Assembly (NCBI GenBank): GCA_900128565.1
Contig: LT635945.1
Location: forward strand, 1-35,346
DNA: 35,346 nt
Direction: 5' to 3'
Origin: Stramenopiles sp. TOSAG23-6
Taxonomy: Eukaryota
In this document: piece after piece, positions 33,001 to 33,352 of the stretch
Layout of the letters: each line of letters opens with the position of its first letter
Position numbering within the stretch: the first letter of the stretch is position 1
The notes under the pieces: model-generated
The model's database searches: none
Told to the model about the DNA's origin: nothing
Seen by the model: the letters and a program-made list of their open reading frames with translations, nothing else
Position numbers and translations under genes: made by a program

Positions 33001-33193
33001 AAAACCAGAAAGGGTTGTTTTACCAAAAGAACCAAAACCAGAAAGGATTGCTTTACCAAAAGAACCAAAACCTGACCCAAACGAAGAACGAAGGGTGGAT
33101 ATAAATCATGAAGAAGGTGCTAGTTTTACAAAAGCTGAGTTTATTTCCTTTTATGGTGGTTTAAAAGAATGGGAAAATGCAAAAAAAGCATGA
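2..33193 (+). CDS. Giant (>11,060 aa, 5'-truncated) Cys-rich type I transmembrane surface protein: Sushi/CCP-like stalk with inserted WSC and other domains
   Basis: The frame of ORF 101..33193 is open back to base 2 (LKCADGFSITGKTPSCFAGLFDPGWAACIP, a typical repeat end), so GTG101 is an internal Val. No in-frame stop until TGA 33191-33193. Single hydrophobic helix near the C-terminus followed by a basic stop-transfer segment. Confidence 0.95.
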   Translation: MKCADGFSITGKTPSCFAGLFDPGWAACIPSPTVLPPKVETEFGTGVEVPKTFIGGEIIDHGTTGDLSCSKGLSLSGKQPFAKNGKFDPGTIKCTSPGANDCTVLNTLEVPEYGISGIGCMTGKVLQHNATCNFTCNEGYTLQGEQPKCANTKISLGSITCTPNSCEVLGLEISNTRTNKFSDCSNGMTIADGHECNVSCKTGYSLVGRKPSCNAGKFDIGTTTCVPDSCLVTGVPTVQSGDIGSDIFYKTQHSVTADASVAKYVPICFNGMRLEHGHFCAIRCKSGYSHTGKNPSCHNGTFDLGWKVCTPSNCVVPDSITAPTNSDGIPSNCKAAAVMKHGDQCKFSCKTNFVISGVPPKCLFGKFSTGSVKCTTEEKQYCTANNINIPTNGFIGSRCSNGKLVAHDTRCNIGCSAGYELVGQQPTCFNTKMTLGSLKCQPKRCVVLGLSLPHNIENLPGACVNGASIKSGSSCTLICKKGYKTVGEQPHCYNGKFHVGSTKCVPLNCVIDTLRQPDNGKTPSENCSIGAYISHNSHTCNIQCKKGYEIKGEQASCKYGKFNPGWATCEPQSCVISKYEYLGCFADTSVRDLSHRAIGADKKVLNGANRESCVNACISMGFTYAGTQWYGECWCGNQYGKYGEKPIEECRTPCKGGAKGEMCGGGWRNSIYKVRVLQSLENGNEIPKECANGSRLKHGSTCSMKCNPGYVISGNLPSCSFGVFDIGSLKCDIKQSNNICTVGKVVAPKNGYIGPLCKKDNLLKLGESCQIRCQDGYNLIGEQPKCVDTNGTFGVTVGSVSCVPKSCKINGLQIPKNGNDIPGDCSNGSNIQHNKSCKLTCTDGYTPVGKQPHCNAGKFHFGSIKCEPNSCAIVGLELPDNSTNAWITKGSYYTDATTNDRQCTDGAILEHGSRCRITCKSGYSPIGEAPYCSAGTFHPGWTICQPHSCKIPDTFTAPQNTEALTSECTPGVSLLEHGGDCKIKCKANFIASGKPPSCSLGVFSPGTMQCTPVQSNDGSCLTIGRRARYIRITSDSRLHCDKGSDCTWHVHDVSFLENSTPLSGVTAHKWAFQDGSHTGAHMLDGNKTTYWAPLLTDCGDTCTEYGSQWIILDFGSVKRFDKWKFKHDTSTIKNSVDRIIFETSEDLASWSKPLYLNVNVLGETQFSLPSLINVPDNGSIGTVCGDGQTVKKDSTCSLECDAGYSIRGEQPLCGNNNALSSGSITCVPNSCMIKGIKQIKNADPLPGNCRNGAELFHGRSCSISCAEGFQLSGKQPWCDKGNFHMGTITCEPRKCIVKGLKTPANAMPLPNTCKTGSKLSHGDTCEILCNAGYEVKGEKPSCYQGKFDPGWIECVPKACEVNSSKYIGCYKDSPNRDLKYWAKDSNNTVLRRSNKETCDEACRVLGYKYAGTQWYGECWCGNKYGKHGKVSDSECNTPCKGGPKGENCGGGYRNSIYEIAMSFPVNSGVIIPSTCSISSKLSNNEMCNLTCLSDEVLSGKQPSCSLGVFDPGTVTCTKQQANDKSCTIDSIDLPPGAVVGPICTKGNKLADSSSCSIVCEKGMNLIGDQPKCTNGVMSKGSLKCEFAKCTVIGMSVPLNGSILPGSCTNGSIIEDEHVCNITCKDGYSPSGIKPYCAEGEFHRGSVTCEPDNCTIVGLKQPINGFKLPPRCKNGEYLKHGESCQLECMEGYDVHGNQPSCSKGKFNPGWIKCTPKFCIISDSEYIGCFKDKITRDLSFQVKSLKLVNTETCVKACKDAGYKFAGTQWYGQCFCDNNYGDYGEADEKKCSTRCRSGSNGEMCGGSWHNSVYKIFEIKAPANANPVPTECSKGKVLKHGEKCPMTCKSGFALSGKFPSCKFGIIDKGDITCTQKVSTDCTISAVEPLLEGIQSASCQVGSFLADKETCKYKCKSGYTLQGDAPKCTNAVMSAGTLKCEPDSCKVSSIVVPKYGKNIPASCSPGSILKHDEKCHIQCSEGYAISGILPYCEAGRFRPGSFSCVPKDCIVTGLTSPNGKPLPKSCSIGATLAHGQECNLQCKSGYSTKGVQPHCEAGKFDPGWIKCEPLSCKVPSNFTVPANTNELPSNCLPGAIINHGDVCHLTCKNNFALSGDQPSCSFGEFLNINGISCNTKVSQGNKKDCVVNMGSNGSYEEIPGGFRTATCTDGNILGMNQSCEIECETGYTLVGNLPYCNDGTITERSVECVPNSCTVFGLYPPMYGMEIPGYCKTGATLHSGQKCELHCQEGYEISGDQPSCENGEFNIGTISCVPKPCTVAGLLPLDNGEYMDPCTVGDNLSHGDECNIECFSGYTLQGKVPQCLYGEMYPGWPRCSPDQCTVNETFEKPANTIDLPNSCNPAFCGSSAFPCPIGTRVIAKWPAYEDLEDNPWFAGTVIAQSIIDNETMFQIEFVDGDSDEVHALDVIHCPHRDDDWGKGEKRGNHLRPDGCNASIPDGMNCEIQCSVDYAISGTQPKCNAGLLDEGDIVCHQYKSNIDCKVTANDCVYENGYRFSSVGDEKEYDGTGVEIPGKSDHESCSKGVLADYPSAYGATFTATKKCYAELSIDIPSNPNARGVKTQPTFAWETCIFSSPVVEPENGFLGKSCKNGSIIKDGASCDVNCDEGYSLEGQMPLCTKGSLDPGSVLCVPNGCEVNGLEKMIRGSFSENCANGSRILDGEVCELSCPEGFEPSGDEPYCSAGVFVANTMSCEPMSCMIHGIDEPENGFTNCTNGDTLGNGEMCEVECNVGFHLEGELGSCYDGNFDPGWSTCSPDDCTISSSEYIGCFRDSGKRDLPYRMKKNGQYIKNADSEQCIRLCDLAGYAYAGTQFFGECWCGNDFGRYGESPDDECSTECKSGQNGEMCGGVWRNSVYSIGFMDSIVTPDSNLIIPEDCVDGAILAHGQECKMKCKDNYSLSGKLPSCSYGHIYMGDPVCTAKASQDCDVMKTVTGMSDTFCKYYDGKGTNIQHKNLNIHVETIDKCVDEARKKYPDAIGSSFKHKNNHGHNCFALMYDKDSPVKFNADKKWESCILSLGFAPKNGYMSNVCDLRAVVKNGSTCALSCNEGYSLIGEQPTCSNTSFNSGSIECIPNGCTVSGVVVPSYGAPIPGNCKDGAQLSHLQSCNLKCRSGYNITGKQPFCDAGFFSAGSIACEPKQCTVIGLEQPKHGRPLPDNCKNGNILSHGFECNLLCLDGYDVDGEQPSCHAGKFSPGWVTCKPKSCRYQESEYIGCYVDKGQRDLKYWAKDSKNRNMSQANRETCVEACRKLGYKYAGTQWYGQCFCDNNYGDXGKKDDKECKTPCKAGPKGEMCGGGWRNSVYSVGVIGSEIQNAAPLPEECRPGSILEHSKSCAITCLKDFTPKGKSPYCHLGTIKQGNLTCAPKETGDCVIDGSEISLTLPNNSSDTSVCLSYKGCYQDNSDRDLKHRISGKYNRKTCVKACKSAGFAYAGTQWYGECWCGNTFGKYGKKPEKDCRTPCKVGPKDEMCGGGWRNSIYLVDNIIENGSDCGIQCNEGFEVQGEQSKCVDTXLTPGNLTCVPKGCIAIGVKKPLNGLPVPGGCMNGAKVPHLGSCKLSCQDGYVVGGEQPYCVAGKFNVGSVTCKPKXCVVTGLVKPINAETLSKFCKRGTMLEHGSSECKITCIEGYTVNGEQPSCDTGKFDPGWVSCKPSNCHVTSSTYIGCFRDSGKRDLPKRLNIAKDKVNHESCTKACKDLGYSYAGTQWYGECWCGNSYGKYEKKPEADCKTPCKGFTSEMCGGGWRNSVYSVGFVDGIVTNTSNLIAPEECSDGEILLHGEKCKMTCKENFALSGKLPSCSLGKLNAGSPVCTEKASGDCDVAAIIKDMKSKSQAKCTTIFSRVSGKQHKLMTVHTANAEKCTEEVLSKHPSAIGSSYKNQGGKNCYALIYTKGYPLQFTTSKSDKAWQTCIFSLGLSPEHGFTTPVCRYDAIVKKDSSCSLQCNEGYTISGTQPVCSNGAFSAGSIKCTPNDCIVAGIEEIVNGASIPGNCVNGSTIPHLGSCKITCQEGYKVTGNQPSCEAGKFSIGSITCEPKNCTVVGVKQPIHSEKLPKACMKGASLAHGSTNCKITCAKGYTVKGLQPSCKTGIFDPGWVQCEPSSCEIYESRYLGCYVDKGQRDLKYWAKDSNNRKMSRANRETCVEACRKLGYKYAGTQWYGQCFCDNNYGDYGKKDDKECKTPCSAGPKGEMCGGGWRNSVYSIGTLVKPANAADIPDRCTPGSIIGHGETCKLTCLADFALTGKQPTCILGELQSGSISCVARTDKDCKIASEIPVPANGKISPSCKLGSSLKHLQQCNYTCNDGYVFKGDHPRCNNSKIDFGNSSTIKMKTPNRYNYQKVNSIEGMTNLKFSVIAKNDAHIALSEKDTHNSPKYEIVIGGWGGSKSVIRTRNQGGQVSQSHAKPFLDKNSAKDFWISWDNGELKVGRGSTLGTGTFMSANLDIKKEIKFVLVATGWGATGTWNFNFASSKCLPTGCFSMGIDKTTKNALDIPGECAAGSWLPNGTKCDIKCKYGYTASGTMPYCEAGLFNIGSFSCEPEDCIVTSLKKPKNGAELSKSCRSGALFRHGSSDCKITCADGYTIVGEQPSCNAGKFYQGWVKCEPSPCEIQESKYLGCYVDKGQRDLKYWAKDSKNRNMSQANRETCVEACRKLGYKYAGTQWYGQCFCDNNYGDYGKKDDKECKTPCRAGPKGEMCGGGWRNSVYSIASLEKPTNGSEIPIACASGAQISHGENCGLTCNPGYILTGVQPSCSFGVFDIGSIVCEKVIAQKVCKVPDPSTSIIDIPNGKLFGACAEKGADIPLDETCKFKCADGYSVSGDAPACKETSSGVYKFVLSGTLQCKPNNCIVEGLDTPQNGKIPGYCAEGMTLEHDKVCRLACSYGYKISGNQPKCFAGVFNPGSITCEXKDCVVSSMVSTTVMPXATVSSSSGSLFSPFHPGIXRXIIDIKCETGRILSHSSSCHLTCPEGTTISGEQPSCYAGTFNPGWIQCSPDDCEITANFNKDVNVIVPSSCKPSFCGTTGVACYEGTRVIALWPKYAGNXDNPWFAATVSRVHVKNSVTTFDIQYADGDFARGVSSSNVILCPDRDDNWGKGSMRGNNLXPEGCGNVLQHNDKCSLXCKSGYAISGEQPSCNSGKFDVGSISCKIIDKSCTIDETKLSIPQNGFVGATCKTGVSLKDGASCDLGCNEGYYIKGTQPXCTNKVLSLGTLMCAPKTCIVQGIKQPKFGLVIPGGCKNGSQLQSGQYCELSCLKGYNISGKQPSCSAGNFDMGTISCSPSDCTVHGMPYDSTNNTTIPMFVGGISTASIFECKNGSRIGHGETCKLXCPEGYSFHGKHAYCNAGVFDPGYTMCEPNDCELTTELLQEAVTYVEKDKNIVIPDSCMPKFCGTSGIHCDKGTNVIARWPEYAGQKDNPWFAGKISKRIVDNNNVTFDISYADGDVAFNVNSFAIIYCPHRDEDWGKGSKRGNDVKPQGCGVALPHNGSCQFTCKSNFAISGKQPSCYAGKFNIGSIACNTINNSCKIDSTXVTIPQNGFAGATCAMGSSLMNGASCEMGCNEGYYALGKQPSCKNTVLNPGSLLCVPKPCTIHGVYTVENGAPIPGACTNGLMLENGKSCNLSCDDGYTVTGRQPSCSSGVFDEGTISCSPKDCLVMTGASFSGSIPSTAMTAAGIETKYSSNCKNGATISHGSECDVTCPNGSSAMGRXPSCFAGKFDPGFAFCNPDPXFFPTSISTSNRYLYKPVGEIVGINSIVFSVKANNDAHIALSEYPDHNSPKYEIVIGGWGGTKSVMRTRNQGRNEAFSTAKPFLDKDNSKDFWISWSNGALKVGKGAVVGNGVFMEMKLQDNKFINHMMVSTGWGSVGXWKIGKLFKQYSETVXYTPNCKPGHVLYDDDRCDVTLNCGVGKMMIGNQPKCNSGVFNEGTLSCVAKPASDKGCQIPVTGLVPPVNGYIGSNCSPSSILRPGDTCLMGCNDGYKLEGVFPKCESXGNMIGLGCAASSIINTNLYYSYKYATRLSDIDSIRFSVRAKNDAHIALSEYSDHNSSKYEIVIGGWGGTKSVIRTRNQGSNEVTSMANPFLDKDNSKDFWISWKNGKLEVGKGKDVGNGAFMTIPLDPYKEINYMMVSTGWGSTGEWSICESQISCVPNFCVISGMPADTTSNTSTFSFENNFYEDDISMDSYGGSFSMSDDQSXSMDLATGGTSFSYESSFNSHYIEGIPLPGTCINGMQLQHGESCRQSCENGYSIMGEQPHCDAGMFMMGSTFCKPNRCTVSVSSLNNTSVGLLGSYIHPNNSTYDFSMSHSFDSTYSSGYEEKDSAXIFQNMSTANNMFMGTMQEIMRNYTNERPCDVGASMNDGEWCDTKCEPGYYVSGIPSSCSRGLFTEGSATCLPLGCYVPPDTQIPEGSEYLPTIYNTTNTDYDTCMVGNYIEHGKSCSLKCKNNYAISGIQPSCNAGVFDFGTITCTPPCNGGVCSGDCKIISSKVPVNSEVDPTCLAGSIIANGSSCSFTCKPGYIISGTQPKCKDGKYSAGTLKCNPMSCVVQGLTKPLFGLDLPGTCVNGKTIEHGSVCNIRCRNGYKISGKMPSCSFGRFLQGSFTCEPEDCVVIGLKEPTNSVARWIQYGTSASDIYNIRTFGDDSTGVQIEKKTDECYTGARLGHGLQCSLQCSAGYSPFGEPARCFAGKFSKGSRYCSPNDCIVPADFFQSKPTGMNPLTSECTPGVSILAHGESCTLSCAATYTFSGTQPSCSLGTFVPGNGQCTSNSSITGCTIGSNGLTPPSNGYIGKSCAANAKIXHDKSCNVYCNYGYSVSGTMPKCDKNTSSMTNPTITCIPNQCTVSVFKLPTNAISVASMCHPGMTMQHDSSCDINCKDGYDAVGSQPKCSAGIFTPGSIQCVPKKCSIFDIKLXKNANDLPENCVPGITVDHNFECNISCREGYKVKGKQPFCKAGKFFTGSISCEPDECRLAASKYLGCYKDNSDRDLVQRPKNALGTVYYPMNRETCVNVCRDKGYKYAGTQWYGECWCDNTIGKYGKIGEEMCNTPCKIDSTKSEICGGGWANSVYEILPSVVTIPQNAKPVPDSCNVGSILQHGEECKIECEDGYALSGTHPVCFAGQLKFGTITCTQIENSKDCKIPEILPEKAPVSIINYEFDNNLIDSGLMNMNLKVEEGSVSYXNGGLYLDGSTRLSSEAMVPYTLVEKSIEAWIQXDAVGGQSGSSPLAIMTAGSQLEFDAIVWGDSQLNTWMAGSQGNLXTKGICASPGASCSISETSTSVANPVHIVIVYPSDRVKSTGSGVKADGSADVITEVSIYRNGIFAGTYTTDAPFLEYTEASLWHTSLGTNFKSGAPVASXANSSCFKGVIFRAAIYDTALTTENVKLLYHQGRDYYAAKFYMPKNAKIDTNKCKVGSTIKHGERCPVKCSNGFSVIAPIVVTNSIKHDIQFTWAVEEDAWIDRSYIWNNLGSFSPRNFDIHVMTSVDNRGAYYSLNCDDAGGCEIWIITEATDKNVERSWGGEWAHVEASNAGNTPCGGIKATANGHFMQYSYGSKFENLTNTLCKDGVCNYDECYYQKIYPGLNAIIPSSAGGLNKGGKLEIFIRSGITSTCMNGKISRSLLECAPASCIVKSLQKLKHGISLPGKCVNGEILESGESCKLSCNEGYEATGTQPSCNNGIFSTGSITCEPMECIVNDMFKPTNAENLPTECTNGSILNHGSECIILCREGYSAIGKQPSCFAGVFDTGWVICEPDPCVIDNSNYIGCFRDTGVRDLSVVAKDGNGVRLLNSNKKTCVKACLDAGFKYAGTQWHGECWCDNSYGEFGQVKDEECNTPCKNGPTGEMCGGGWRNSVYEVSAITAPANAEPLSSDCTVGATLKHGEICKMKCKAGFSISGSHPRCLAGKIEPGTITCAQGQSSDCTLTSSPIPSTQLNNAISTCDSNMKLADNGKCWIFCKPGYHHKTDSIATAYSLVGAGCCAGSASQDFQEIVDIKTKAACQSICEQNILCTSFQTTPDRSCYIFFGEGSKFEVSGCENFPNGSQIFADTKCYRKNTTFSMDSIQPQCKSKTLSVDSKMECEPDACMVIGMKAPKNGSPLPGTCSNGTTIQHGKSCDLSCKDGYTKSGTPPSCNAGKFFVGEITCTPSDCIVVGMSSFVSKSSNVYPSNEYSFIGDGCCDVTNGKKKTIGTGITNAKCEARCENEEQCISFELSGCNSDLSCSGTCILHYGDATLLSTKTCSSGIKCFKKENTGRFLLAQGTTSSTNATSSTCIDGEVLKHGESCKFSCAPGYLTQAQHPKCNAGNFEQGWVKCIPLSCKVTTGIVVPSNGEDIPESCSVGKMLKHGESCRLTCKSGNALSGNQPSCKAGIFDVGSVKCTPKKSSGTDKDCTVGSITFPERSIYGICYPGNLIKHGDTCNYSCEEGFNPQGEKPKCTNGILSAGSFKCIPRHCTIFGMPEVSDVVTECSNGMIINNNEKCSVSCRKGFVATGNPPSCNAGKFNPGSVTCVPNTCIVAGLKDVYNGSFDAKCSNGSFLEHGTQCNLTCDDGYEVEGDAPSCKAGEFNTGSIECKPSNCFGFQYEGCFNEDAAVPEFTKLIRNGKLLRPWRCARICYRKGYNYAAVRDGGVCSCGNSVGKHEAATEASCNVACAVKANAKEASLTIGDKCGGASQNSVYNLTTFPLPANAKTSVGYNKKEDTFFDPCSVGDIKHGQSCLLRCKNQFAMSGTQPKCSFGILNPNTFSCSPANTSSDCVVDGITIPENGSRGTCIDGLLVKDGGSCELTCNTGFVLSGAQPVCGSKKMGSHSIKCIAETCTIQGLFPVENSYAMSGACANGATLNHRDICNGSCLTGYTIAGTQPSCSLGNFRKGSFSCKPDDCIISGFVKPLNAQDLPSTCKNGAILSHNTSCSLKCMSGYQTNGMQPSCNAGHFSPGWLSCRPQNCIVEKFGAISDSNPIPTSCKAGALLLHGESCDITCSKDYSLSGTQPSCSLGKFSAGTVTCTKISSSSSCVSTLITVVNGVVSSACSPGSLLAKSANTTCGVKCDPNYKLSGTLPVCSSSGFNLGNPECKPNDCLVNGIIKDINGEEIPPMCYEGATLPDGESCDLACKKGFTVKGEQPMCDGGAFSPGSVTCKPNDCTVVGMPLVDFSDGWIALGGGECKNGYTLNHSSICSLKCMVGYSPKGQGPWCSSGSFETGWAFCEADSCTVDEELTAETSVLSRRRLEENALQIHPMFSNGSRRLSKDVSSVQKCHTGDVVAHGEACAMTCPPNYALQGEYTHCTCGLWSVSSVTCSLYDKAVDCIIDNSKLNSLPTGGLPDSGCSDGFLLKDGSTCHFGCKKGYTVTGTQPTCNKGTMNLGNVSCKATGCIVSGMQAPLNGDKLPGACSNGQLIEDGKSCSLSCLPGYDISGAQPSCSSGKFSKGTATCAPKNCTVAGLTKPTNGKSIPSSCSNGKTITHGSSCNLSCLDAYNLSGKQPSCKAGVFDPGWVTCSPKDCTIPQNFVIPTNVQGTCTPGGNLSHGATCNLSCKTDKEYAFSGTRPSCNAATFSAGNVACAVKQSDDCKVKQGEISTPSNGSLAPACNVGQILKFDSEAEDCVKCNQGYKLSNSFVQPKCGNSGSIVYSPPTTVCIPDACIITNMIPPQNGKALPSACTNGKTLNHGSSCLIECATGYSLVGNQPSCSAGAFSIGSIYCKPKKCTISGIVQPTNGASLTGVCENGQFLAHGHSCGIKCNQGYDFSGKQPSCNAGVFDKGWFICKPKDCTILPMNVPTNGAPLPDNCKINKVLKHGQKCVLTCLPNYSLSGTLPSCLAGTFSPGSVKCLSTDNAKDCRVNNISLCTPVSKNGVLVKSGTSCDRRCDEGYTVTGTNPSCTNGNLTNTGKVSCVANTCIVAGMKTLENGASLPVDCTNGKILANGAKCSLTCNSGYSPSGEQPSCDKGVFKIGSVTCAPNSCTVSNLSKPTNGSDIPTYCTNGKDIVHGSSCKLTCETGYSVSGNQPSCNLGNFTSGNVSCSPNKCTVPGSYSVPLDAVKKGDQSCSSGESMNHGSQCLFTCNAPHTLKGTNPSCSAGKFNPGSTFCHCTVVDIKAPLNGSIGSCIKGSNVSKCDLKCNLGYTLSGTQPVCIENSVAANNSDPVKCTKVPCPNNTIGLGGGSPCTCPSKHSGGFTLGSSSNAYDVGSQCQLISCPANSAFNNDKSECLCNSPYKGTIMYSETKKKYEGECKIECPSLSKGSGNGSTCSCVSGYTGTVTWTSSNKTYCTTCCHKVACPSHSEGDGAGKECLCKQGYTGTVPFNTGQNKYTGACNKVTCPTNSTKNDNGPCTSCEPGYTGTIQFNNSSRTYMGTCTRINCPLYSTRSGNQNVCVCDKGYTGNITFLSDKNEYSGKCTAVACPANSGGPGAKDGCQCLSGYDGENPKFNESGNAYSTGTCTAVACVTNSSGTGNCKCNKGYGGNMKFDLSSRKYTGACNALSCPNNSTGNGKGESCTCDLGFSGTISFSDDKNTYEGKCVSIPCPSNSTGNGQGGTCTCNPGFSGNATFLSNTNKYEDDCKSIPCPVNTVGAGGGKNNCIVVDGHKGTVVFSAKNNKYESSLSVVACPVGSSKTTNVCSCSTGYYGNLVFDKETSSYTGICTKIQCPKDSTGSGGGNECKCISGYSGTITFDTKLNVYQGSCKDDSKCPLRSAADESSSPPRKCYCHQGYSGTISFDTTSKKYVGVCTPVNCPAHSLRDPPLPLGSRRNLEANDVYGAQSAANVPYGCVCKAGWNFGSKHGITWSKTSQVFVGECSPKPSEEDGLVAILWILLGGSIVAALFLGARYAQKIMKPSIAAKRKKRKSKKTKGKVAPLETLDNKEGSKPGISDYTGLGNTLLNEEKTNDGYGYYDYSNSDDYSDGSEGFWMDMDDGYSTDEYYTDGSFDSDDSDFFAQMENRAKNNLLKKEEAATIIQARERANQAQNDFIVKKESAIQVQSLARGSNARKPLKNYSDDDVIALPKEPKPERVVLPKEPKPERIALPKEPKPDPNEERRVDINHEEGASFTKAEFISFYGGLKEWENAKKA
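1736..2020 (+). other. WSC domain 1
   Basis: YLGCFAD..RDL...C...C...GF.YAGTQWYGECWCGN...C.TPC.G...EMCGGGWRNSIY matches the WSC pattern. Confidence 0.9.
3071..3510 (+). other. Discoidin/F5-8 type C-like domain, apparently circularly permuted
   Basis: Contains ARYIRI, LDGNKTTYW, QWIILDFG and TSEDLASW motifs, with ARYIRI first rather than last. Confidence 0.7.
4097..4375 (+). other. WSC domain 2
   Basis: YIGCYKD...YAGTQWYGECWCGN...CGGGYRNSIY. Confidence 0.9.
5171..5434 (+). other. WSC domain 3
   Basis: YIGCFKD...FAGTQWYGQCFCDN...CGGSWHNSVY. Confidence 0.9.
7076..7339 (+). other. Cys-framed Tudor-like domain 1
   Basis: GTRVIAKW...WFAGTV...FQIEFVDGDSDEV resembles the Tudor/SH3-like barrel pattern. 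Flanked by CG..C and CP.RDDDWGKG..RGN..P.GC. Confidence 0.6.
7502..7759 (+). other. PAN/apple-like insert, type 1, copy 1
   Basis: C...SC...V...YPSAYGATF...CYA...WETCIF; homologous to 8858-9085 and 11537-11767. Confidence 0.45.
8336..8611 (+). other. WSC domain 4
   Basis: YIGCFRD...YAGTQFFGECWCGN...CGGVWRNSVY. Confidence 0.9.
8858..9085 (+). other. PAN/apple-like insert, type 1, copy 2
   Basis: C...KC...YPDAIGSSF...NCFA...WESCIL. Confidence 0.45.
9671..9949 (+). other. WSC domain 5 (near-identical to WSC8 and WSC9)
   Basis: WSC pattern; 279-bp unit almost identical in DNA to 12356-12634 and 13868-14146. Confidence 0.9.
10220..10477 (+). other. WSC domain 6
   Basis: YKGCYQD...YAGTQWYGECWCGN...CGGGWRNSIY; inserted in an A-type module rather than D. 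Confidence 0.9.
11018..11281 (+). other. WSC domain 7
   Basis: YIGCFRDSGKRDLP...CGGGWRNSVY. Confidence 0.9.
11537..11767 (+). other. PAN/apple-like insert, type 1, copy 3
   Basis: C...KC...HPSAIGSSY...NCYA...WQTCIF. Confidence 0.45.
12356..12634 (+). other. WSC domain 8
   Basis: WSC pattern; near-identical to WSC5 and WSC9. Confidence 0.9.
13010..13423 (+). other. Methyltransf_FA (farnesoic acid O-methyltransferase-like) domain 1
   Basis: FSV.AKNDAHIALS...YEIVIGGWGG.KSVIR...FWISW..G.LKVG.G...TGWG.TG.W signature. Confidence 0.85.
13868..14146 (+). other. WSC domain 9
   Basis: WSC pattern; near-identical to WSC5 and WSC8. Confidence 0.9.
15083..15349 (+). other. Cys-framed Tudor-like domain 2
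   Basis: GTRVIALWP...PWFAATV...FDIQYADGD...CPDRDDNWGKG. Confidence 0.6.
16193..16459 (+). other. Cys-framed Tudor-like domain 3
   Basis: GTNVIARWP...PWFAGKI...FDISYADGD...CPHRDEDWGKG. Confidence 0.6.
17225..17635 (+). other. Methyltransf_FA-like domain 2
   Basis: NDAHIALS...YEIVIGGWGGTKSV...FWISW...STGWGS signature. Confidence 0.85.
18035..18448 (+). other. Methyltransf_FA-like domain 3
   Basis: Same signature as copies 1 and 2. Confidence 0.85.
20945..21226 (+). other. WSC domain 10
   Basis: YLGCYKD...YAGTQWYGECWCDN...CGGGWANSVY. Confidence 0.9.
21461..22186 (+). other. LamG/concanavalin A-like jelly-roll domain
   Basis: YEFDNNLIDS...GLYLDG...SIEAWI...HIVIVY...IYRNG...FKGVI..AAIYDTALT.ENV.LLY. 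Confidence 0.8.
23306..23584 (+). other. WSC domain 11
   Basis: YIGCFRD...YAGTQWHGECWCDN...CGGGWRNSVY. Confidence 0.9.
23930..24178 (+). other. PAN/apple-like insert, type 2, copy 1
   Basis: YSLVGAGCC...C...C.....C.SF.....C.IF...KCYRK. Confidence 0.6.
24524..24763 (+). other. PAN/apple-like insert, type 2, copy 2
   Basis: YSFIGDGCC...KCEARCENEEQCISF...C.LH...KCFKK. Confidence 0.6.
25757..26047 (+). other. WSC domain 12 (divergent)
   Basis: YEGCFNE...CARIC..KGYNYAAV.DGGVCSCGN...CNVAC...CGG...NSVY. Confidence 0.85.
30446..32371 (+). repeat. 15 tandem four-Cys (~41 aa) membrane-proximal repeats
   Basis: Consensus CP-x-NS-x-G-x-G-x-G-x2-C-x-C-x2-GY-x-G-x-I-x-F-x6-Y-x-G-x-C; EGF/laminin-EGF-like C-x-C-x2-GY-x-G core. 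Confidence 0.85.
32396..32461 (+). other. Single transmembrane helix
   Basis: GLVAILWILLGGSIVAALFLGA, followed by KRKKRKSKKTKGK at 32501-32539 (positive-inside rule). Confidence 0.9.
32831..32950 (+). other. Two tandem IQ-like calmodulin-binding motifs
   Basis: AATIIQARERANQAQ and SAIQVQSLARGSNARK against consensus IQxxxRGxxxR; 23 aa apart. Confidence 0.7.
32981..33079 (+). repeat. 3 x 33-bp coding tandem repeat, (IA/VV)LPKEPKPER
   Basis: attgctttaccaaaagaaccaaaaccagaaagg units start at 32981, 33014 and 33047; the third diverges at its end. Confidence 0.95.
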
Positions 33194-33352
33194 GCAAAAT
33201 CAAATAAAAATGTATTTTAACAAAAAAAAATTCGTTTGATTTTTTTCTTTTTAATTGTAAACATTATTTTAAAGAATATTTTTGTTTTTCACTATTTTTT
33301 AAATAAAAAGAATATTTTCATACAACATTTCTATGCAAATGAATGGCGAAGC
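33194..33352. terminator. 159-bp AT-rich convergent intergenic/3'UTR region with candidate poly(A) signals
   Basis: AATAAA at 33203-33208 and 33302-33307 on +, with T-rich tracts, between two convergent stop codons. AATAAA is weak evidence in DNA this AT-rich. Confidence 0.35.

Noticed and set aside
32981-33079. CRISPR-like array from 33-bp repeats
   Set aside because: Head-to-tail in-frame coding repeats without spacers, and no cas genes.
181-33080. The many 60-195 aa ORFs overlapping the giant gene
   Set aside because: Antisense and off-frame shadows of a repetitive coding sequence, with no independent protein-like features.
2-33193. Orthology to selectins, CR1, SVEP1, CSMD or polycystin
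   Set aside because: Only individual domain types are shared; the architecture, size and tail differ, so no gene symbol is given.
33176-33193. Giant protein C-terminus as ligand of the neighbouring PDZ protein
   Set aside because: It ends ...NAKKA, which fits no standard PDZ-binding class; adjacency alone is insufficient.
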